Below, one piece after another: positions 57,107-64,000 of a stretch of 64,000 nucleotides of DNA. The notes under the pieces are model-generated. The model saw only the letters and a list, made by a program, of their open reading frames with translations. It ran no database searches and was not told the DNA's origin. Each line of letters begins with the position of its first letter. The stretch's first letter is position 1. A program made the translations under genes and the position numbers. Source of the stretch: Octopus vulgaris (taxonomy: Eukaryota); contig OX597828.1 of NCBI GenBank assembly GCA_951406725.2, positions 47,616,001 through 47,680,000 on the forward strand. The letters are read 5' to 3'.

Positions 57107-57460
57107 GGCGCAGGAGTGGATGTGTGGTAAGTAGCTTGCTAACCAACCACATGGCATCTTGGGCAAGTGTCTTCTGCTATAGCCCCGGGCCGACCAATGC
57201 CTTGTGAGTGGATTTGGTAGACGGAAGCTGAAAGAAGCCTGTCGTATATATGTATATATATATGCGTGTGTGTTTGTGTTTGTCCCCCTAGCATTGCTTG
57301 ACAACCGATGCTGGTGTGTTTACGTCCCCGTCACTTAGCGGTTCGGCAAAAGAGACCGATAGAATAAGTACTGGGCTTACAAAGAATAAGTCCTGGGGTC
57401 GAGTTGCTCGATTAAAGGCGGTGCTCCAGCATGGCCGCAGTCAAATGACTGAAACAAGTA
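57107..57460 (+). mobile_element. tRNA-SINE family A with a deletion across the B-box region
   Basis: Collinear with the reverse complement of 40730-41172; A-tail. Confidence 0.9.
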
Positions 57461-57500
57461 AAAAAAAAAAAAAAAAAAAATTGTGTGTGTGTATGTGAGG

Positions 57501-57580
<80 letters not shown>

Positions 57581-57629
57581 GAATGGTATTTGTTTCATGC
57601 GCGCGCATCACATTTCTACAGAATTTTCT

Positions 57630-58100
57630 TTTAGGTGTCATGTCCAGAATGTAGGGGATAGGCAATCATGTCCTGCCACAATTCTCTGTTCTTTGTTTTC
57701 TGTAACAGTTCCGCTTCCTTGGTGTTTAATGCCTCTTTCTTCCAACCAATTCGTCAAGATTGATATCCATATCATTTCTTTTCCTTCCTCTGCTTCTTCT
57801 GTTTCCATTTTCTCCGGTCATCGCTAAATTGTCCTGGCCCTCTTTTTTTTATCACATGGCCAAGAAGTATCAGTTGCTTGACCTTTATCTTACAAAGTAG
57901 TTTCCTATATACCCACAGCCCAGGTCATCACGTCTTTATTAGACAATTTGTCCATATTATCCTCGATATTCTCCTGAAGAACCACATTTCACAGCTCTCC
58001 AAGCACCCTCTCATTTCTGATGTTATAGACCATGGCTCACTTCCTTACATTAGCAGAGAATATCCACCCGATTGTCTGCATTTATTCACAGGGTATTACT
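57630..58100 (-). mobile_element. RTE-clade LINE 3' remnant
   Basis: Decayed EMWFFRRISRIIWT, KQLILLGHV, RRSRGR and KNRELWQDMIA motifs. Confidence 0.7.
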
Positions 58101-58337
58101 GATCCCGTTACCTATCGATATCTTCTATAACAACAAAAAACTTACCCCTTGCGGAACCCCTTGTGGAACGTCTTATAGCACCCTTTGAGGAAACCTTCAG
58201 TTTTGCATCGTTTAGCCCCAGGTCAACCTATTTGAGTAGATGTATGACCAAATCCATTTCAATTATGACCAACTCAAACCAATGCCTAATGTGTTCCTTC
58301 ATTTTTCTTATGCTTTTAAGACATTAATTAGTAGTTT

Positions 58338-58873
58338 GAGTGATTTCGGTGTTATGTCTAGCAGAGGAACTAACCGTGTAGAGGGTCCATCATAGGACAG
58401 TGATTTGGGTGCTATGTCTAGCAGAAGAACTGTGTAGAAGTTCATCATATGATCGAGTGATTTGGGTACTATGTCAAGCAGAAGAACTAACTGTGTAGAG
58501 GGTCCATCATAGGACTGAGTAATTTGGGTGCTATGTCTAGCAGAAGAACTGTGTAGATGGTTCATCATAGGATCGAGTGATTTGGGTACTATGTCAAGCA
58601 GAAGAACTAACTATGTAGAGGGTCCATCATAGGACAGTGATTTGGGTGCTATGTCTAGCAGAAGAACTGTGTAGAGGGTTCATCATAGGATCGAGTGATT
58701 TGGGTGCTATGTCAAGCAGAAGAACTAACTGTGTAGAGGGTCCATCATAGGACTGAGTGATTTGGGTGCTATGTCTAGCAGAAGAACTGTGTAGAGGGTT
58801 CATCATAGGATCGAGTGATTTGGGTGCTATGTCTAGCAGAGGAACTAACTGTGTAGAGGGCCCATCATAGGAT
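58338..58873. repeat. ~57-62-bp minisatellite, 9 units in A/B alternation
   Basis: Unit GAGTGATTTGGGTGCTATGTCTAGCAGAAGAACT(AACT)GTGTAGAGGGT(C/T)CATCATAGGA. Confidence 0.95.
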
Positions 58874-59178
58874 TATGAAAGGTGCTATAGATCTATGTTA
58901 GTTAAAAAAAAAACATAAAAGCACAAACAAACCGAAAGCAGACACAGAAGGTTGCCAAATCCTCATCAGTTATTGGCTGGAGGGTCAAACACAGATGTTT
59001 GTGCATTTATGTCCTTTTAACTAATTATTTATTGAAACGCAAAGTACGGATATTTTTAACAAATATGTTAATTACATTTTGAGGGTGGGGGGGTAGGTTT
59101 AACTAATTAGAAAAAATATGCAGGGACATAATTAAATGCCAGTATTCAACGTCATATTCATTCTCTCTCTCTCTCTCG

Positions 59179-59211
<33 letters not shown>

Positions 59212-59860
59212 ACTCGCTTTTTTTTCCTTTTTCTCACTCTAGCTCATTCTCCATCATCTGATGGCAATGAAGCTGAAGGAGAGGAGGAGGAGGAGGGGGA
59301 TGAGGAGGAGGAAGAGGAAGGGGAAGGGGAGGGGGAAGAGGAGGTGGAAGAGGGGGAAGAGGAAGAGGTGGGGAGGAGGATGAGAAAGAGGAGGAAGAGG
59401 AGGTGGAAGAGGGGGAAGAGGAAGAGGAGGGGAGGAGGATGAGAAAGAGGAGGAAGAGGAGGTGGAAGAGGAGGAAGAGGAGGGGATGATGAGAAAGAGG
59501 AGGAAGAGGAGGAAGAGGAGGGGAGGATGAGAAAGAGGAGGAAGAGGAGGGGAGGATGAGAAAGAGGAGGAAGAGGAAGAGGAGGGGGAAGAGGATGAGA
59601 AAGAGGTGGAAGAGGAAGAAGATGAGAAAGAGGAGGGGGAAGGGAACGACGACGAGAGGAAAGAAGAAAAGGATGATGATGACGATGATGATGATCATCA
59701 TTATGATGGTGATGGTGGTGGTGGTGGTGGTGGTGCTGCTGCTGCTGCTGATCGACGCCATATCTGTGTCCCAATGAACACAGCCAATGGCTTAATAAAT
59801 AATCTCACATTATTTTCCTCATTGACTCTTGACTGTGAGTTTGAAGCTGCCGCAGTACTT

Positions 59861-59891
<31 letters not shown>

Positions 59892-60110
59892 TTTATCCAC
59901 TTCATCATCTTCACCCTCCTACTCCTCCTCCTCCTCCTCCTCCTTTTCCTCATCATTGTCCCACTGGCAATCTTTGTAAGATGCCGAGTCGTAATTTCCA
60001 CTCAACCACGGCAAGTACCTATCTATACCATACTCCCCCCCTTTCTTACCCTCCTCTGCCATCGACTCTCGCACAAACACTCTCTCTTTCTTTCTCCCTC
60101 TAATAATAAC

Positions 60111-60430
60111 TGGCACTCCGTCGGTTACGACGACGTGGGTTCCAGTTGATCCGATCAACGGAACACCCTGTACATGAAGTAAACGTGCAAGTGGCCGAGC
60201 ACTCCACAGACACGTGTACCCTAAACGTAGTTCTCAGAAAGATTCAGCGTATTACAGGATGTGACAAGGCTGGCTCCTTTGCATTACAGGTACTATTCAT
60301 TTTTGCCAGGTGAGTGGATAGGAGCAACGTGAAATTGTGTCTTGCTCAAGAACACAACGCGCCGTCGGGAATTGAACTCACGATCTTACGATCGGAGCCG
60401 AATACCCTAACCACTAAGCCAAGTGTCTTC
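60111..60430 (-). mobile_element. tRNA-SINE: head type B plus tail shared with 22931-23120
   Basis: Head TGGCTTAGTGGTTAG..GAGTTCAATTCC..TTGAGCAAGACAC; tail as in 22931-23120. Confidence 0.8.
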
Positions 60431-60437
60431 ACTTGCT

Positions 60438-60514
<77 letters not shown>

Positions 60515-60536
60515 TCTCTCTAAGATATATATATAT

Positions 60537-60782
60537 AGCAGCTATGCTAGAACATCACTTTGAAGGGTTTTAGTCAAAAAAATCGATGCCCAGGACTTAT
60601 TCTTTTAAAGCCGAGCACTTATCCTATCGGTCTTTTCCTGGACCGCTAAGTTACGGGGACGTAAACACACCAACACCGGTTGTCAAACGATGATGGGGGA
60701 CAAACACAAAGACATACATACATACATACATACATACAAAAATAAATACATACATACATACATACATACATACATACATACA

Positions 60783-60818
<36 letters not shown>

Positions 60819-60960
60819 CATATATACGACGGGCTTTTTTCAGTTTCCGTCTAGCAAATTTATTCACAAGGCTTTGGTCGGCCCGAGGTTATAGCAGAAG
60901 ACATTTGCCCAAGGTGCTACGCAGTGGGACTGAACCCTGAGCCATATGGTTGAGAAGCAC
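60537..60960 (-). mobile_element. tRNA-SINE family A
   Basis: Same head, microsatellite, tail layout as other copies. Confidence 0.85.
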
Positions 60961-61016
60961 CTTGATGTGTGTGCGCGCGTGTGTGTGTTTATATCATATA
61001 TATATATATATATATA

Positions 61017-61193
61017 GGGAGAGTTTACGAAAAAAACAAAAGACGAAGACAGGTGGTGTACAAAACAAACAGATGTATTAGTATAACGCTCAGGAATAGA
61101 AAAAGTCTTTTACGTTTCGAGCCTACGCTCTTCTACAGAAAGGTACACAGAAAAAACAAGGAGAGAAAAAATGTGTGTAGGGGCTAACGATCT

Positions 61194-61195
<2 letters not shown>
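61017..61195 (-). mobile_element. Short repeat with CUGUNGA hammerhead-like motif (61107-61143)
   Basis: CTTT-CTGTAGA-A-GAGC-GTAG-GCTC-GAAAC-GTA-AAAG; (TA)n on both sides. Confidence 0.7.
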
Positions 61196-61230
<35 letters not shown>

Positions 61231-61541
61231 CAAACTGTTTGAAGATGTGTTACCAGTTGGAAGCTCCGCATACCGGATGCTACCAAGTTTATGGGGATCA
61301 TCAGGAGACAATACGCGCCGTTTCGTGACCACCTGTCGACGGCATCATTGAACACCGGCTTCCCTTGCTGAAATGAGAACCCGCTGCTACATCAACTGGT
61401 TATCAGGTTTCGCTCAATATTCTTGTAACCATTTCTCATCGTCTCTTTTTAACCAAATCGTATGTGTGTGTGTGTTTGTGTGTAGAGAGAGACAGATATC
61501 TTCTAGCCATTGCTATATATATGTATATATGTGTGTGTGTG

Positions 61542-61589
<48 letters not shown>

Positions 61590-61595
<6 letters not shown>

Positions 61596-61830
61596 ATTGA
61601 AGAAATGGAGTTGAACGAAGATTGAACAGAAATCGTTTTATTGCATTCTACACGTGTTTCGAAAGGCACAATTTACCAAATTCCGATTGAATAATGAGAC
61701 CATATTGTGTCTTTCTCTTCAGGAAGAAATAGGAAATCCGTTGGAATAAACAAAAACAGAACAGAGGCGGAGCAAAACAAAAACTTTTGATTAATCTGCA
61801 ACAAGATTATTCATCTTTCTATTTCACAAA
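61590..61830 (-). mobile_element. Diverged relative of the 10542-11015 repeat with a hammerhead motif
   Basis: TTC-CTGAAGA-GAAAGACACAAT..ATTGTGCCTTTC-GAAAC-ACGT-GTA-GAA (about 61646-61725). Confidence 0.7.
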
Positions 61831-61917
61831 ATATATATATATATATATATATATAAATATACATACATATATATAATACATATATATGAGTATGTATGTA
61901 TTGAACACCGCACATAC

Positions 61918-62040
61918 TCATGTATGGGCTTTGCTTGTTCGCTGCTACATAGACTGGTGATTCGATTCGTTCCCCGTTCGATCCGGGTGTGTAATGTTGA
62001 TAAGGCACAAAAAATGGCGAACTATCGGTAGCCATCATTT
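61918..62040 (-). CDS. Candidate coding exon (123 nt, phase 1-1, or a first coding exon)
   Basis: Acceptor cccattcag, frame MMATDSSPFFVPYQHYTPGSNGERIESPVYVAANKQSPYM, donor A|gtatgt; unique sequence between microsatellites. No family recognised. Confidence 0.45.
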
Positions 62041-62200
62041 CTGAATGGGATCGGGAGCGAATTGTCTCGCCTGTCTATGACTTTCATGTGTTTTAACACC
62101 CAGGTCTTTGAGTCATCCGCATCAGTGTAACGGCAAACAAGTTGCGTATGCGAGGTCGGTAATGTTTACAACACTAGCGCTGGATTCAAGTCATAATTGA

Positions 62201-62231
<31 letters not shown>

Positions 62232-62556
62232 TGTATGTATGTATGTATGTATGTATGTATGTATGTATGTATGCCTGTATGTATATATGTATGTGTGTAT
62301 GCATGCATGTATGCATGTATGTATGTATGCATGTATGTATGTATGTGTGCATATATGGTTATGTATGTATGTATGTGTATGTATATATTCATAGTTACAA
62401 ATACATACACACATAATTTTTACCGCTGCACACAAATAACATGTCATTCCTAAAACACCCCTTTCCCTCCTTCGTCTTCTCTCCCCCTCTTTCACTGTTC
62501 TCTCTCTTTCCTCGTATATGTACGTATGTATATACATACACACACACACACGCGCG

Positions 62557-62735
<179 letters not shown>

Positions 62736-63112
62736 CTCATCTTCTGGTTCGTTGTCTATCTCTGCTTCTTGTGTTCTCTATCTAGAGTTAGTTATCTGCA
62801 TATCTATCTATCTCTTCCTACCTCTCTCCCTTTCTCTCGTTATTTCTCTCTCTCACTCTCTCTCTCTCTCTCTCTCTCTCTGACATTCTCTCTCTCTTTC
62901 TTTCTCTCTCATCTTGCTAATAGATTGATTACCAAATTAATTTCCCGCCGGTGTGAACAAATCAGATGTAATATCAATTTTGGGATTTAATTTCGTCTTT
63001 TATTAACGTTTCAGCCATTTTAACCCAAGTAGATAAACTGTTTTCACAATTGAATTATGCTTGTTGAACCAACTCATTGCTTCTATCTAGTCCTCTTTCT
63101 CTCTGTCTTTCA

Positions 63113-63188
<76 letters not shown>

Positions 63189-63244
63189 TCTCTCTCTCTC
63201 TCTCTCTCCCTCCATCTATTATAATTTATCTCTCTGCATCTGTA

Positions 63245-63293
<49 letters not shown>

Positions 63294-64000
63294 TTATATA
63301 TATGTATGTATATGTATGTATGTATGTGTGTGTGTGTGCGTATGTGTGTTTCTTTATTCTTTTATCACCCTATCTATCTATCTATATCTTATTTCTATGT
63401 CTATGCTTTTATTCTCTCTTTGTTTCTGGCCTCTCTCTCTCACTCTCTCACACTCTCTCGCTCTCAACCTCACACCCTCTACTTAAAAGTCTTCAATCTG
63501 TGTTTATCTCTCTACGTAGGTTTCTATCTATCTATCTATCTATCTATCTATTTTTCTATTTATCTATCTATCTATCTGTCTGTCTATCTATCTATCTATC
63601 TATTTGTATGTCTGTCTATTTGTCTATCTCTCTATCTATCACTCTTTATTCCACTCTCTATCTGTCCGTCAGTCTATCTACCTCTCCCTCTCTCCCTCTC
63701 TCCCTCTCTCTCTTTCTCTATCTATGTATCCATCTATCCATCTATCAGTCTGTCTATTTGTCTACCTCTCTTTATCCCACACTTTTATCCCTCTTTTATC
63801 CCTCTTTTATCCCACTTTTATCCCACTCTCTATCTGTCCGTCTGTCTATCTACCCCTCCCTCTCTCTCTCTCTCTCTCTTTCTCCCCCCTCTCTCTCTCT
63901 ATCTATCTATCTAACTGCTAAAGTCCTCCACATATTTATTTCTGTATTTCGATTTCTTGCTTTTCCATATCACACCAAACATTATACACTGCGTATGTTC

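Noticed and set aside
58338-58873. CRISPR-like periodicity
   Set aside because: Contiguous tandem units with no unique spacers, no cas genes and a eukaryotic context.
59243-59834. Plus-strand acidic exon (good-looking acceptor at 59242, gtgagt at 59835)
   Set aside because: The 5' frame hits a stop near 59440 and internal purine repeat units shift frame; 592 nt is not frame-preserving. Assembly indels cannot be excluded.

Overview
AT-rich, gene-poor eukaryotic DNA saturated with microsatellites. The repeat content suggests an octopod cephalopod (inference, not verifiable here). Nearly all ORFs in the track are translations of simple repeats. The only firmly supported host gene piece is a minus-strand exon (4799-5019) encoding residues 1-46 of an Rx/Rax-type paired-like homeodomain; two weaker orphan exon candidates lie at 33282-33438 and 61918-62040. 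Mobile DNA includes a young-looking R4/Dong-type LINE in (TAA)n, a Tx1/L1 fragment fused to a Helitron, RTE and Penelope remnants, mariner/maT/Tc1 remnants and many tRNA-derived SINEs with shuffled heads and tails. The strongest unexplained signal is more than a dozen minimal type-I hammerhead-ribozyme-like motifs in several unrelated short repeat families beside (TA)n/(TATG)n tracts. Some sit in inverted duplications and one ends a tRNA-headed SINE. Together they show all four Watson-Crick combinations at the core 3-8 pair, and one family has a fixed A6U core. All folds were read by eye and no activity is demonstrated.
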